Numbered from the stretch's first letter, positions 15,732 to 27,679 are shown. The stretch: DNA of 54,243 nucleotides from Myxococcales bacterium (GCA_947488215.1 CANLBD010000001.1:1-54243); one strand, 5' to 3'. Notes: generated from the sequence alone by a model not told the origin. Numbers and translations: made by a program.

Positions 15732-16624
15732 TTCTTCACCTCATGGGGCCAAAGGTAGTCGCCTAGGAGCAGGTCAAAGCGACGCCGCGCCGCCTCGGGG
15801 ATCAGGTCTGTGCGGGTCATGACCGCGCCGCCCCGCATCAGCGCGGCGTGGGCGGGCCACTCTACGGGGCCGAGCGCCGACAGCGCCCGAATCGCGTTGC
15901 GAATCACGGACTTCGCCATCGTGACGTTCTGCTGGATCACCTTGAGCACAGCCTCGACGGTCACATCGTCGTGGCCCTCGTACCAGCAGTCGTAGTCGGT
16001 CGCGAGCGCGAGGGTGGCGTAGGCGAGCTCGGCCTCACGCGCGAGCTTGGCCTCGGGCAGGTTCGTCATCCCGATCACGCTCGCGCCCCAACCCCGATAC
16101 ATGTTGCTCTCGGCGCGGGTCGAGAACGCGGGGCCCTCCATCACGACGTACGTGCCACCGTCGTGCACCGTCGCCCCCGCCTCGCGGGCGGCGCCGAGCA
16201 GCACCTGACGCAGCTCGGGCGAGACGGGGTCGCCGAACTGGATGTGACCGACGACGCCGTCGCCGAAGAATGAGCTCGCGCGCAGGCCGCGTGTGCGGTC
16301 GATGAACTGGTCGGGGCAAACCAAGTGCCCGGGCACGATCTCTTCACGCAGCGAGCCGACCGCCGACACGCTGATGACGTGTCGTGCGCCGAGCTTCTTG
16401 AGGCCCCACACGTTCGCGCGGTAGTTGACCTCGCTCGGCGTGTAGAGATGCCCGCGGCCATGGCGCGGCAAGAACACGCACCGCGCGCCCTCGAGGCGAC
16501 CGCAGATGTACGCGTCCGATGGCGCGCCGAAGGGCGTGTCGAGGCGCACCTCCTCGAGGTCCGTGATCCCCTCGATCTCGTAGAGGCCGCTGCCTCCGAT
16601 CACACCAATGACGACTTCGGACAT
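15728..16624 (-). CDS. mtnP: S-methyl-5'-thioadenosine phosphorylase
   Basis: VIGVIGGSGLY...FLPRHGRGH...EVNYRANVWGLKKLG...VSAVGSL...PAFSTRAES...GMTNLPEAKLAREAEL.YA..A..TDYDCW. The internal ATG at 16624 is chosen. Confidence 0.92.
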   Translation of the reverse strand: MSEVVIGVIGGSGLYEIEGITDLEEVRLDTPFGAPSDAYICGRLEGARCVFLPRHGRGHLYTPSEVNYRANVWGLKKLGARHVISVSAVGSLREEIVPGHLVCPDQFIDRTRGLRASSFFGDGVVGHIQFGDPVSPELRQVLLGAAREAGATVHDGGTYVVMEGPAFSTRAESNMYRGWGASVIGMTNLPEAKLAREAELAYATLALATDYDCWYEGHDDVTVEAVLKVIQQNVTMAKSVIRNAIRALSALGPVEWPAHAALMRGGAVMTRTDLIPEAARRRFDLLLGDYLWPHEVKK

Positions 16625-16652
16625 GAGCTCTCCGTGCAGACGCGGGTCGGGG

Positions 16653-17708
16653 TCAGGCAGCAGGCCGCTCGCCGAGCTGGCCGCACGCTGCGTCGATGTC
16701 GAGGCCCTTCGTGACGCGCACGGTGGCGGTGAGCCCGCGGTTGAGCAGGATGCGCTGGAACGCGCGCACACGCTCGTCCGAAGGCCGCTCGTACGCGGGC
16801 CCACTGAAGGGGTTCCATGGGATCAGGTTGACGCGCGCGGCCATGCCGCGGAGCAGCTTCAGAAGCCGACGCGCGTCCTCGTCGCTGTCGTTCACGCCGC
16901 CGAGCAGCACGTACTCGAACGTGAGCTTGCGTCGAGGCGGCAGCGGGTACTTGCGCACGCTCTCGAGCAGCGCCTCGATGGGCCAGCGCTTGTTCACCGG
17001 CATCACGCGGTCGCGCACCTCGTTGGTCGTCGCGTTCAGGCTGATCGCGAGGTTCACGGGCGCGGTCTGCCCGAGCTTGTCGATCTGCGGGACGAGCCCG
17101 CTCGTGCTCACGGTGATGCGCTTATGGCTGAGCGCGACGCCGTCCTTGTCACAGAGCGAGCCGATGCTCTCCGCGACCGCGTCGAAGTTGTGGAGCGGCT
17201 CGCCCATGCCCATGTAGACGACATGGTCGATGCGGCCCTCGGGCGGGACAGCCGCCCGCGCCGTGACCACCTGGTCGACGATCTCGCCGGCGGTCAGGTG
17301 GCGCGACAGGCCGAGCTTGCCCGTGTAGCAAAACTGGCAGTCCATCGCGCAGCCGACCTGGCTGGACACGCACTGCGTGAACACGCCGCCCGGCATCGGG
17401 ATCAACACGCTCTCGATCGCCGCGCCGTCGCTCAGGCGGAACTGCACCTTGCGCGTGCCGTCCACGCTCTCCCGCACGCGCTCGACGTAGACGCGGCCGA
17501 TTGTGTAGCCGCCCTCAACGAGCTTCTGACGCAGCGCCTTCGGGACGTCCGTCATGGCGTCAAAGTCGCGAACGCCCCGCGCGAAGATCCACTTGTAGAC
17601 CTGGTCCGCGCGGTACTTGGGCTCGCCGAGCGCCGCCAGGGTCTCGCGCAGGCGGTCACGGCTCATCTCCGTGAGGCTGCGCTCCGACGGCGCTGGGCGA
17701 ATGGACAT
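16653..17708 (-). CDS. rlmN: 23S rRNA/tRNA (adenine-C2)-methyltransferase, radical SAM
   Basis: EPKYRADQVYKWIF, CVSSQVGCAMDCQFCYTG radical-SAM cluster, VYMGMGEPL, ITVSTSG, IPWNP. Confidence 0.93.
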   Translation of the reverse strand: MSIRPAPSERSLTEMSRDRLRETLAALGEPKYRADQVYKWIFARGVRDFDAMTDVPKALRQKLVEGGYTIGRVYVERVRESVDGTRKVQFRLSDGAAIESVLIPMPGGVFTQCVSSQVGCAMDCQFCYTGKLGLSRHLTAGEIVDQVVTARAAVPPEGRIDHVVYMGMGEPLHNFDAVAESIGSLCDKDGVALSHKRITVSTSGLVPQIDKLGQTAPVNLAISLNATTNEVRDRVMPVNKRWPIEALLESVRKYPLPPRRKLTFEYVLLGGVNDSDEDARRLLKLLRGMAARVNLIPWNPFSGPAYERPSDERVRAFQRILLNRGLTATVRVTKGLDIDAACGQLGERPAA

Positions 17709-17715
17709 CGCTCGA

Positions 17716-18150
17716 TCAGCCCTGCTTGGCGCCGAAGGTCTCGGTGCCGCGGAAGAACCAGGACGCCTCGAACGCCGCCGTCTCGGGCGCGTCGGAGCCG
17801 TGCACGGTGTTCGCCTCGATGCTCTCCGCGAAGTCGGCGCGGATCGTGCCCGGCGCGGCCTTCTTGGGGTCCGTGGCGCCCATGAGCTCGCGGTGGCGCA
17901 GGATGGCGCCCTCGCCCTCGAGGATGCTGATCACGACCGGGCCGCTGGTCATGTAGCTCACCAGATCGTTGAAGAACGGCCGGTGGCTGTGCACGGCGTA
18001 GAAGCCCTCGGCCTCGGCCCGCGACAGGTGCGCCATGCGCGTCGCGATGACCTTGAGGCCGCTCTCCTCGAAGCGGGTGAAGATCTTGCCGATGAGGTTA
18101 CGACGGACGCCGTCGGGCTTGATGATGCTGAGGGTGCGCTCGAGGGACAT
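17716..18150 (-). CDS. ndk: nucleoside-diphosphate kinase
   Basis: [12 protein letters not shown]..., GPVV..LEG, GATDP..A.PGTIR, N.VHGSD. Confidence 0.95.
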   Translation of the reverse strand: MSLERTLSIIKPDGVRRNLIGKIFTRFEESGLKVIATRMAHLSRAEAEGFYAVHSHRPFFNDLVSYMTSGPVVISILEGEGAILRHRELMGATDPKKAAPGTIRADFAESIEANTVHGSDAPETAAFEASWFFRGTETFGAKQG

Positions 18151-18154
18151 GGGA

Positions 18155-18236
18155 CTCTCCCGTGGATGAAAACGCGCGCATTATACGGACGTCGCCTCGC
18201 TGAGCAAGGCAAACGGGCCGCGCGCCCACGGGAGAG
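18155..18236 (-). promoter_or_regulatory. sucD-ndk intergenic element: 11-bp inverted repeat enclosing a TTGCTC-N16-TATAAT promoter-like site
   Basis: CTCTCCCGTGG (18155-18165) and CCACGGGAGAG (18226-18236) are perfect complements. On the mRNA the arm next to the ndk ATG contains the GGGAGAG Shine-Dalgarno. The minus strand has TATAAT at 18185-18180 and TTGCTC at 18207-18202. Confidence 0.35.
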
Positions 18237-18248
18237 CCGCTTTGCGCC

Positions 18249-19118
18249 TCAGAGGACGCTGGCGAGCGTGCTGCCGAGCACGGCGGGCGTGGCGCAGACC
18301 TTGATTCCGGCCTCCTCCATCGCCGCGAACTTGTCCTTCGCCGTGCCCTTGCCACCGCTGATGATCGCGCCGGCGTGGCCCATGCGGCGACCCGGAGGCG
18401 CGGTGCTGCCCGCGATGAAGCCGACGACCGGCTTCTTCATGTTCGCCTTGATCCACGCGGCGGCGTTCTCCTCGGCGTTGCCGCCGATCTCGCCGATCAT
18501 GATCACGGCGTCCGTGTCCGGGTCCGCGTTGAACGCGCTCAGGCAGTCGATGAAGTCCGTGCCGTTCACGGGGTCGCCGCCGATGCCCACGCACGTGCTC
18601 TGCCCGATGCCGAGCGCCGTGAGCTGGCCCACAGCCTCGTACGTGAGCGTGCCGGAGCGGCTGACGACGCCGATGCGGCCGGGCTTGTGAATGTGCCCGG
18701 GCATGATGCCGATCTTGCACTGGCCCGGCGTGATGATGCCGGGGCAGTTCGGCCCGATGAGCCGCGAGCCGGACGCCTTGAGCGCCGCCTTGACGCGCAC
18801 CATGTCGAGCACCGGGATGCCCTCGGTGATCGCGACGATGAGCTGCACTCCCGCCGCGATCGCCTCGAGGATCGCGTCCGCCGCGAACGGGGGCGGCACG
18901 TAGATGATGCTCGCGTTCGCGCCCGTCGAAGAGACGGCACCCTCGACGGTGTCGAAGATGGGCACGACGCCCTCGAACTTCTGCCCGCCCTTGTTCGGCG
19001 TGACACCGCCGACGAGCTGCGTGCCGTAGGCGAGCATCTGCTGACAGTGGAAGGTGCCCGCCGAGCCCGTGATGCCCTGGCAGATCAGCCGCGTATTGGA
19101 ATCAACCCAGATAGCCAT
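18249..19118 (-). CDS. sucD: succinate--CoA ligase subunit alpha
   Basis: [64 protein letters not shown]. The internal ATG at 19118 is chosen. Confidence 0.95.
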   Translation of the reverse strand: MAIWVDSNTRLICQGITGSAGTFHCQQMLAYGTQLVGGVTPNKGGQKFEGVVPIFDTVEGAVSSTGANASIIYVPPPFAADAILEAIAAGVQLIVAITEGIPVLDMVRVKAALKASGSRLIGPNCPGIITPGQCKIGIMPGHIHKPGRIGVVSRSGTLTYEAVGQLTALGIGQSTCVGIGGDPVNGTDFIDCLSAFNADPDTDAVIMIGEIGGNAEENAAAWIKANMKKPVVGFIAGSTAPPGRRMGHAGAIISGGKGTAKDKFAAMEEAGIKVCATPAVLGSTLASVL

Positions 19119-19125
19119 GTCTGCC

Positions 19126-20292
<1,167 letters not shown>

Positions 20293-20314
20293 CGTGTATT
20301 CGCTCCGGCGCCGA

Positions 20315-21688
<1,374 letters not shown>

Positions 21689-21822
21689 GGGCGCCTCCGG
21701 AGGTGTGCGTGGGCAAAAAAAGCGACGTGGCTACCTAGCCGCTTTTAGGCGGCCTTTCAAGACCGAGGACGGCGTGCCCACCGCTGTGGGCGGTTGGTTG
21801 ACATGCATCCTCGGTCCGGGGA

Positions 21823-23712
21823 ATGGTGCGGGCGATGAGGTTGTCCCGGGTCAGTCTTCGGACCAAGCTGTTGGTCCTGCTCGTGAGCCTGAGCGTGGGC
21901 CCTCTCCTGCTGAGCGGCCTCGTCCACGAGCACCGCGCGGTCACGAGCGGCAAGGCAGCGGTTCGAACGCGCGTCGCGCAGACCGCCGACTTCGCCGCTT
22001 CTTCGCTCGACGTGCTGCTCCAAGACCTGCTGCGCGACGTGCGCCTGCTGAGCGCGCGCTTCACGGTCGAGAACATCGACAAGGCCGTCGTCGCGGACCA
22101 CCTCGACAGAACGGGCTCCTTCATCGCGGACTTGCCCGAGATGGAGGACCTGCAGGTCTTCAACGCGCTGCATGACGGCTACACGCGCGTCTTCCTCGCG
22201 CTGAACGATGGGCGCGTCTTCTTTGCCGAGCCGTACCACAACGTGCAGCGCCCCCCCAACCTGAGGGACACGGACTGGTTCCAGAAACTCGGTGCGCTCG
22301 GCGGCTTTACCTACGCGAGCTTTCCGCCTTTCACGCAGCCCGACCGACCCGAGCTGGTCGCGGTCGCTCCCATCTTCGCCCGGTCGGGCACGCTCGAGGG
22401 CCACATCGGCGTCGTCGTCGACCACCGCTGGCTGAACGAGGTCCTCTCGGGCACTACGGCACCGATGACGCGCCTCTATCGGTCCGGCCCACACACGGAG
22501 GACTCGGACGCCGTCTCGGCGTTGCTCGTCACCCCCTCCGCACGCGTCGCGGCGCGCGATGACGACGGCCCCGTGGGTGTCCCCGCGCCCAAGGTATTTG
22601 AAGCAGAGCTCGAGACCGGGACCGTGGAGCGCAGCGACCTCGAGCGGCCGATTATCCTCGGCAAGGCGGAGGTCGGCCGCTCCGGCTGGTACGTCTTGGT
22701 CAGCGTGCCGATGCACTCCGCCTACCGCGACGTCTACTTGCTGATCTGGACCCTCGCCGGCGCCGTTGTCCTGACGTTCTTCTTCGTCGTGCTCTTCGCG
22801 GACACGGCCGCGCGCGCGCTGCTGCGACCCGTGCACGAGCTCGAGCGGGGCGCCGAGATGATCGGCGCGGGCGCGCTGGACTACCGCATCGAGCTCGATG
22901 CGCACGCCCACGACGAGCTCGGTCGCCTCGCCCGGACCTTCAACCGAATGGGCGAGAACCTGCTCAAGAGCCGACGCGAAATCGACCTCTCGGCGCGCAA
23001 CCTGGACATCGCGAACCGCGAGTTGGACGCCATGGTCTTCGCCATCAGCCACGACCTCAAGAAGCACCTGCGGAGTATTCAGGGCTTCTCGACCTTCATC
23101 GAGGACGACCACGGCGGGCACCTCGGCCCGCAGGGCCTCGATCTGGTGCGCGCGATCAATGGCAATGTCGCCAAAATCGAAAAGCTCGCGGACGACCTGA
23201 TCACGCTCGTTGAGCATGAGCGCGAGCACAGCGAGCGGCGAGTGTTCGACCTCGGCGAGCTGCTGCGCGAGGCCCGCGAGCACTGCCTCGCAACGCTGCC
23301 GGGCGAAATCGTGCTGCACGTCGAGTGCCCCGAAGTCCAGGGCGACCGCGTGCGGCTCATGCTCGTCTTCGGCAACCTGATCTCGAATGGTTTGAAGTTC
23401 AACCATAGCCCGCGCCCCAAGGTCGAGGTCACGGTCGCCGAGGTCGGGCCCTTCTGGGAAGTGTCGGTGCGGGATAACGGCATCGGGATCGAGCCGCGCT
23501 ACCGCGACCAGATCTTTGAGCTCTTCTTTCGACTGAACCCCCGCGACGAATTCGACGGCAGCGGCACAGGGCTCAATTTGGCGCGGCGCATCATCGAGGA
23601 GCACTGGGGCACGCTCGAGTTCGAGAGCACGCCGGGCCTGGGCAGTTGCTTCGTGGTGCGTCTCCCGCAAGACCCGGGCATGTTGACCTCACCGGGGCTG
23701 GCCTCACGCTGA
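21823..23712 (+). CDS. sensor histidine kinase (TM, Cache-like extracytoplasmic domain, TM, HAMP, HisKA, HATPase_c)
   Basis: HAMP LLRPVHELERGAEMIGAGALDYRIEL...LARTFNRM. H-box FAISHDLKKHLRSI. N/G boxes LISNGLKF, VRDNGIGI, GSGTGLNLARRI. Alternative ATG at 21835. Confidence 0.88.
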   Translation: MVRAMRLSRVSLRTKLLVLLVSLSVGPLLLSGLVHEHRAVTSGKAAVRTRVAQTADFAASSLDVLLQDLLRDVRLLSARFTVENIDKAVVADHLDRTGSFIADLPEMEDLQVFNALHDGYTRVFLALNDGRVFFAEPYHNVQRPPNLRDTDWFQKLGALGGFTYASFPPFTQPDRPELVAVAPIFARSGTLEGHIGVVVDHRWLNEVLSGTTAPMTRLYRSGPHTEDSDAVSALLVTPSARVAARDDDGPVGVPAPKVFEAELETGTVERSDLERPIILGKAEVGRSGWYVLVSVPMHSAYRDVYLLIWTLAGAVVLTFFFVVLFADTAARALLRPVHELERGAEMIGAGALDYRIELDAHAHDELGRLARTFNRMGENLLKSRREIDLSARNLDIANRELDAMVFAISHDLKKHLRSIQGFSTFIEDDHGGHLGPQGLDLVRAINGNVAKIEKLADDLITLVEHEREHSERRVFDLGELLREAREHCLATLPGEIVLHVECPEVQGDRVRLMLVFGNLISNGLKFNHSPRPKVEVTVAEVGPFWEVSVRDNGIGIEPRYRDQIFELFFRLNPRDEFDGSGTGLNLARRIIEEHWGTLEFESTPGLGSCFVVRLPQDPGMLTSPGLASR

Positions 23713-23734
23713 TCGTGTTGGTAAGGTCCGCGCC

Positions 23735-24490
23735 ATGGGTCTCTTCGATTTCCTGACAAATAAGCCGACCGTCTCCAATGTCGAGAAGGTCATGAAGCGC
23801 ATGCTCAACGAGCACCACCAGCAGCAGGTGCGGCAAGAGAGCATGGAGCAGCTCGTCAACTGGGGCACGCTTGAGGCCATTCAGGCGCTCACGCGGCGCC
23901 TCGCGGTCAACTTCCGTGACACCATCGTCAACGAGCAGGAGAAGCGCTGGGTCGCAGACGCGCTCGTTGAGCGCTTCGGTGAGCGGTCGGTCGACCCGCT
24001 GATTTTCTTCATCCGCAAGGAGCAGAACGTCTCGACCGCCGTGCGGGCGCTCCAGAGGCTCGTCTCCGCGGAGCGCCTCGTCGAGGTCCTCACAGAGACG
24101 CTCGGGGCCTATGCGCCCGGGGACTATCGCTCCACGCAGGCGAAGGCGCAGCTCATCGACGCGCTCGAGGAGCATACTCCTGCGAGCGTCCTTGAGCGCA
24201 TCGTGCCCTTCATCGCGGACCACGATGACGACGTGCGCATCAAGGTCATCGAGCAAGTTCAAGCGCGCTTCGCAGACGCGCCCGCCGATGCCCAAGCGCG
24301 CGCGAGCGATGGGCTCGTCGGCGCCCTGCTCGACCCAGAGGCTGCGTCGCGCATCCAGCGGCGCGTCGGCGAAGCGCTCGCGGCGGTCAACGCGGACCTG
24401 TCCGCTTATGTCGCCGACGGCCGCATCTCCGCGGCAGCGATGCCCGAGGGCTACACGCTGACGTCCGCCGGTCGCGTCGAGCGCCGCTGA
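23735..24490 (+). CDS. hypothetical helical (HEAT-like) protein
   Basis: High-GC3 ORF starting 22 nt after the kinase stop. It has all-helical, repeat-like composition and no diagnostic motif. Confidence 0.6.
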   Translation: MGLFDFLTNKPTVSNVEKVMKRMLNEHHQQQVRQESMEQLVNWGTLEAIQALTRRLAVNFRDTIVNEQEKRWVADALVERFGERSVDPLIFFIRKEQNVSTAVRALQRLVSAERLVEVLTETLGAYAPGDYRSTQAKAQLIDALEEHTPASVLERIVPFIADHDDDVRIKVIEQVQARFADAPADAQARASDGLVGALLDPEAASRIQRRVGEALAAVNADLSAYVADGRISAAAMPEGYTLTSAGRVERR

Positions 24491-24499
24491 GCGGGCGGG

Positions 24500-24898
24500 C
24501 TACTTGCCCGCCAGCAGGCGCGCGACCGTCTGCGCGTCCGCGGGGGGGAACTCGTACTTGTCCATATCTTCGGGTGCCACCCAGCGCCAGTCGTGGACAC
24601 GACGCGGGCGAATGGCGTCGCTGACGAGCTCACACCGGTAGACGCACAGGTCGACCCGGTAGTCGTCGTATTCGTGAGCGATGAACATCGACAACTTGCC
24701 GACGCGGACCTCGATGTCCATCTCCTCGCGAATCTCGCGGACCAGCGCGTCCTCGTCTCTCTCTTCCGTCTCCACGCGCCCACTGGGGAACTCCCAGAGC
24801 AGCGGCAGGACGGCCGTCGGCCGCCGCTGAGTAATCAGGAAGCGGCCCTCTCGCTCAATCTCAGCGGCGACGACTCGAATGGTCTTCTTGGGCTCCAA
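24500..24898 (-). CDS. Nudix hydrolase, MutT/(d)CTP pyrophosphohydrolase-like
   Basis: LWEFPSGRVETEERDEDALVREIREEMDI Nudix box. The 132-aa MutT-size protein ends with W....E....FPPAD. Confidence 0.85.
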   Translation of the reverse strand: MEPKKTIRVVAAEIEREGRFLITQRRPTAVLPLLWEFPSGRVETEERDEDALVREIREEMDIEVRVGKLSMFIAHEYDDYRVDLCVYRCELVSDAIRPRRVHDWRWVAPEDMDKYEFPPADAQTVARLLAGK

Positions 24899-25015
24899 CG
24901 TCGGCCCCTCTCTATGGCAGCGTCGACTCGGGACGGGCTGCAGAGTGTACCCACGCTCGCTGGAACCGGCCAGAAACCCGCACGTTGCGTGGCTGAGCGC
25001 GTTGGGGCGCCTCGC

Positions 25016-26233
25016 TCAGCGACGCACGATGAGGCGCTGCCCCACCTGAAGGTGGTCGCGCCCGCCGAGTCGATTCAGCTTGCGGAGCGTATCCACCGAG
25101 ACGCCGTGCTTAGACGCGATGGCGCCGAGGCTCTCACCCCGCGCGACCGTGTGCGCGCGGGGCTTCTCTGTGGCGCGCGTCTCCCGCTGCGCGACCTTGG
25201 ACCGCGGCGTGACCGCGGGCGCCGCCTCGACCGCGCGGGTCGCGCGCCCCCCGCCCTGCGCCCAAGCGGTCACGCGCGCGCCCTGTCCCCGAGGGACTCT
25301 CAGACCGAAGGAGCGCCCCGTGGGCAAGTGCGTGTCCGCGAGCGTGGGATTGAGCCGCCGAAGCGTGCGCGCCTCGACGCCCATCGCGCGCGCCGCGTCG
25401 AGCACAGAGACGCGCGCGCCGTCGATGCGCACATCGACGATGTCGACCGGCTCGTCGGGGTAACCCTGCTCGACGGGCAGGACGAAGCCATAGGACTGCA
25501 GGTTCTGCATGATCGCTTTGGCCGCGATGACGCGGGGGACGTAGCGCTCCGCCTCTTCGACGAGGTCCAGCGCCCAGAAATCTCGGGTCCCCTGCGCGTC
25601 GATCGCCCGGTTCAAGCGCCCCATGCCCGTATTGTAGGCCGCCATGCCGAGCGCCCAGTCGCCCCCGAAGCCACGCGCCAGGTCGCGCAGGTAACGCGCC
25701 CCCGCCTGCGTCGACGCGTCGAGGTCGGCCCGCTCGTCCCAAGCTTCGTCGACCGCCAGCCCGTACTCGCGGGCCGTGGGCGACATGAACTGCCACCAAC
25801 CGTGGGCGTCTGCGTGGCTCGTGACCGCAGGTCGCAGCCCGCTCTCGATCACGGCGAGGTACTTGATGTCGCCGCACGCAGACGTCTTCTGAACCGCCGC
25901 GTCGACCACCGGAAAAACGCGCCGAGCCCGCTTCGTCCACAGCACGACCTGGTCGCGGTCGCCGAGCATCAGGTAGAACTCGCGCTCGACCCGCTCTCTC
26001 ACCTCGGGCCGGTCGAGCGGCACGGGCTGCCCGCACAGCGAGATGCCCGTCGGCAAGGTATAGGCCCCCAGATCCTTGGGGCGCTGCGCGAGCTCGGCCT
26101 CCAGCATCGCGATACGCGCTTCGAGCGCGGCAAGCCGGGCCGACGACGTCGCCGCGACCGAGCCCGGCTCAGCAAGCGCGCTCAGGGGGGCGGCAAGAGA
26201 GAGCGTGGTCAGAAACGAGAGCAGCGGGCGCAT
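25016..26233 (-). CDS. lytic transglycosylase (SLT domain, MltD-like) with C-terminal LysM
   Basis: Signal peptide MRPLLSFLTTLSLAAPLSALA. SLT motifs LAVIESGL, GWWQFM, AAYNTG. LysM HTVARGESLGAIASKHGVSVDTLRKLNRL...LQVGQRLIV plus one degenerate LysM. AGGAG precedes ATG 26233. Confidence 0.85.
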   Translation of the reverse strand: MRPLLSFLTTLSLAAPLSALAEPGSVAATSSARLAALEARIAMLEAELAQRPKDLGAYTLPTGISLCGQPVPLDRPEVRERVEREFYLMLGDRDQVVLWTKRARRVFPVVDAAVQKTSACGDIKYLAVIESGLRPAVTSHADAHGWWQFMSPTAREYGLAVDEAWDERADLDASTQAGARYLRDLARGFGGDWALGMAAYNTGMGRLNRAIDAQGTRDFWALDLVEEAERYVPRVIAAKAIMQNLQSYGFVLPVEQGYPDEPVDIVDVRIDGARVSVLDAARAMGVEARTLRRLNPTLADTHLPTGRSFGLRVPRGQGARVTAWAQGGGRATRAVEAAPAVTPRSKVAQRETRATEKPRAHTVARGESLGAIASKHGVSVDTLRKLNRLGGRDHLQVGQRLIVRR

Positions 26234-26294
26234 GTGGTCTCCTACCTCAGCAACGTCGTGCTGAAATGTAGGCACAAATCGCACCCATTTCAAG

Positions 26295-26720
26295 TCAGAG
26301 TTTCTTGATGCGCTCCCGGACGGGATCAACGACCGCGACGCGGAAACCGAACGACTCGTTCACAACGACAGCCTCGCCTTGGGCGATGACGCGGCCGTTG
26401 ACGGTCAGGTCGATGAGGTCGCTCGCCATGCGGTTGAGCTCGATGACCGAGCCTTGGCCGAGCTGCAGCAGCTCGTGCACGGTCATGCGGGTTCGACCGA
26501 GCTCGACCGAGAGCTCGAGCGGCAGCCTCAAGATGATCGGCAGGTTCGGCCCATCGGCGTCGCTGAAGACCTGCTCCTCGGCGAAGCGCGTGCTGGCGGG
26601 CACAGCGGGCCGGGACCGCGCCTCGAGGTCGGCGGCGGCGTCTTGCGGACGCTCCGCCTCTTGCTGTCGCACCTGCGCGAGCAGAGCGTCGAGCTCATCC
26701 TGGGACAAGATGTCTGACAT
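26295..26720 (-). CDS. fliN: flagellar motor switch protein FliN (SpoA domain)
   Basis: N-terminal SDILSQDELDALL (EIDAL-type peptide). C-terminal SpoA domain LPLELSVELGRTRMTVHELLQLGQGSVIELNRMASDLIDLTVNGRVIAQGEAVVVNESFGFRV. A T3SS SctQ C-terminal homologue cannot be excluded. Confidence 0.8.
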   Translation of the reverse strand: MSDILSQDELDALLAQVRQQEAERPQDAAADLEARSRPAVPASTRFAEEQVFSDADGPNLPIILRLPLELSVELGRTRMTVHELLQLGQGSVIELNRMASDLIDLTVNGRVIAQGEAVVVNESFGFRVAVVDPVRERIKKL

Positions 26721-26860
26721 GTGGCCCGAGAGTAACCGCGCCGGCCGCCGAAGCAAACATCGGTCGATTCTGTCTTGCAGTCCCCGCGGGGAGCCGTCAC
26801 CTTATCCACAGGGTCCACAAGACCCCGTGGGCGTGTGCCTGACCTCACGGGCGGACCCGC

Positions 26861-26893
26861 GGGGCGACGGCTACTGCCCGATGCCGTCGCCCC
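26861..26893. other. perfect 11-bp stem / 11-nt loop hairpin in the fliN-rsmJ divergent intergenic region
   Basis: GGGGCGACGGC (26861-26871), loop TACTGCCCGAT, GCCGTCGCCCC (26883-26893). A 12-nt palindrome TCCCCGCGGGGA lies at 26781-26792. Function unknown. Confidence 0.4.
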
Positions 26894-26920
26894 ACCTTCT
26901 CCCCTCGCCTGAGCGCGTCC

Positions 26921-27655
26921 GTGCTACCCGCTTACGTCGCCCCGAGCTTGGAGTCGGACACCCCGCACAGTGAGGTGCAGGCGCTCGCGCAGGCGCTGAG
27001 CCTGCCGTTCGTGTGCCAGCGCCCGCTGCCCACGAACGCTGTGGGCCTCATCGTCTCGCACGGGGGCATGCGCCTGTTGGTGCCGGGGAACCGCGCGCTG
27101 GCTTGGCACGCGGGCTTCGCGCCTCGTCGCGTGCAGGATGGCCCCCGAGATGCGCTCGTCCGCGCGCTGGACCTGCGCCCCGGCGAGCGGGTCTTAGACG
27201 CGACCCTGGGCCTCGGCCACGACGCCTTCGTGCTGTTGCACGCGGGCGCGCGGGTCCTCGGCGTCGAGGCGCACCCGGCCGTGGCCTACTTCACGGCACG
27301 CGGGCTGGTGAGCACTGCACCTGAGCTCGAGCACGCGCTCGAGGTCCGCTGCGCCCGGGCCGAAGCGGTCTTAGCCGACCCTGCGCTGCCCCCGATAGAC
27401 AGCGTCTACATCGACCCGCTCTTTCCGAGAGAGTCGACCGTCCCGAACCCGATGTGGGCGCCCCTCCGCGGCGTGGCCGAGAACACGCGTGACCTGAGCG
27501 CCCTCGTCGCGGCCGCGCTCGGCGTCGCGCGGCGCTCCGTGGTGGTCAAGCTCGCGCCGGGCGAGCCGCCGCCTTCGGTCTCGCACACCGCCCCGCCCCG
27601 CCGCGTGGGCAGCAAGCGCACGCAGTACGCCGTCTTCGACTGCGTTGCGCGCTGA
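26921..27655 (+). CDS. rsmJ: 16S rRNA (guanine1516-N2)-methyltransferase
   Basis: Collinear with E. coli RsmJ as I recall it: VLDATLGLGHDAFVLLHAGARVLGVEAHP, SVYIDPLFP, RSVVVKLAP. GTG start. Confidence 0.85.
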   Translation: MLPAYVAPSLESDTPHSEVQALAQALSLPFVCQRPLPTNAVGLIVSHGGMRLLVPGNRALAWHAGFAPRRVQDGPRDALVRALDLRPGERVLDATLGLGHDAFVLLHAGARVLGVEAHPAVAYFTARGLVSTAPELEHALEVRCARAEAVLADPALPPIDSVYIDPLFPRESTVPNPMWAPLRGVAENTRDLSALVAAALGVARRSVVVKLAPGEPPPSVSHTAPPRRVGSKRTQYAVFDCVAR

Positions 27656-27679
27656 CCCGCGCTGCGCTACGCCTCGCGC

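Noticed and set aside
24992-25020. GCTGAGCG-N13-CGCTCAGC hairpin at the end of the lytic transglycosylase gene as a terminator
   Set aside because: One arm overlaps the stop codon and the downstream U-tract is very weak (GGGTTTCTGG). It is not convincing enough to list as a feature.
26721-26800. Sigma-54 promoter upstream of fliN (TTTGCT seen)
   Set aside because: No GG lies at the required 10-nt spacing from the GC of the putative -12 element.
26801-26809. GGATAAG heptamer shared by the fliN upstream region and the flagellin upstream region (3588-3596) as a common flagellar promoter -10
   Set aside because: A shared 7-mer between two 150-200-bp regions on either strand is expected by chance (roughly a few matches expected). 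No TAAA-type -35 is present upstream of fliN.
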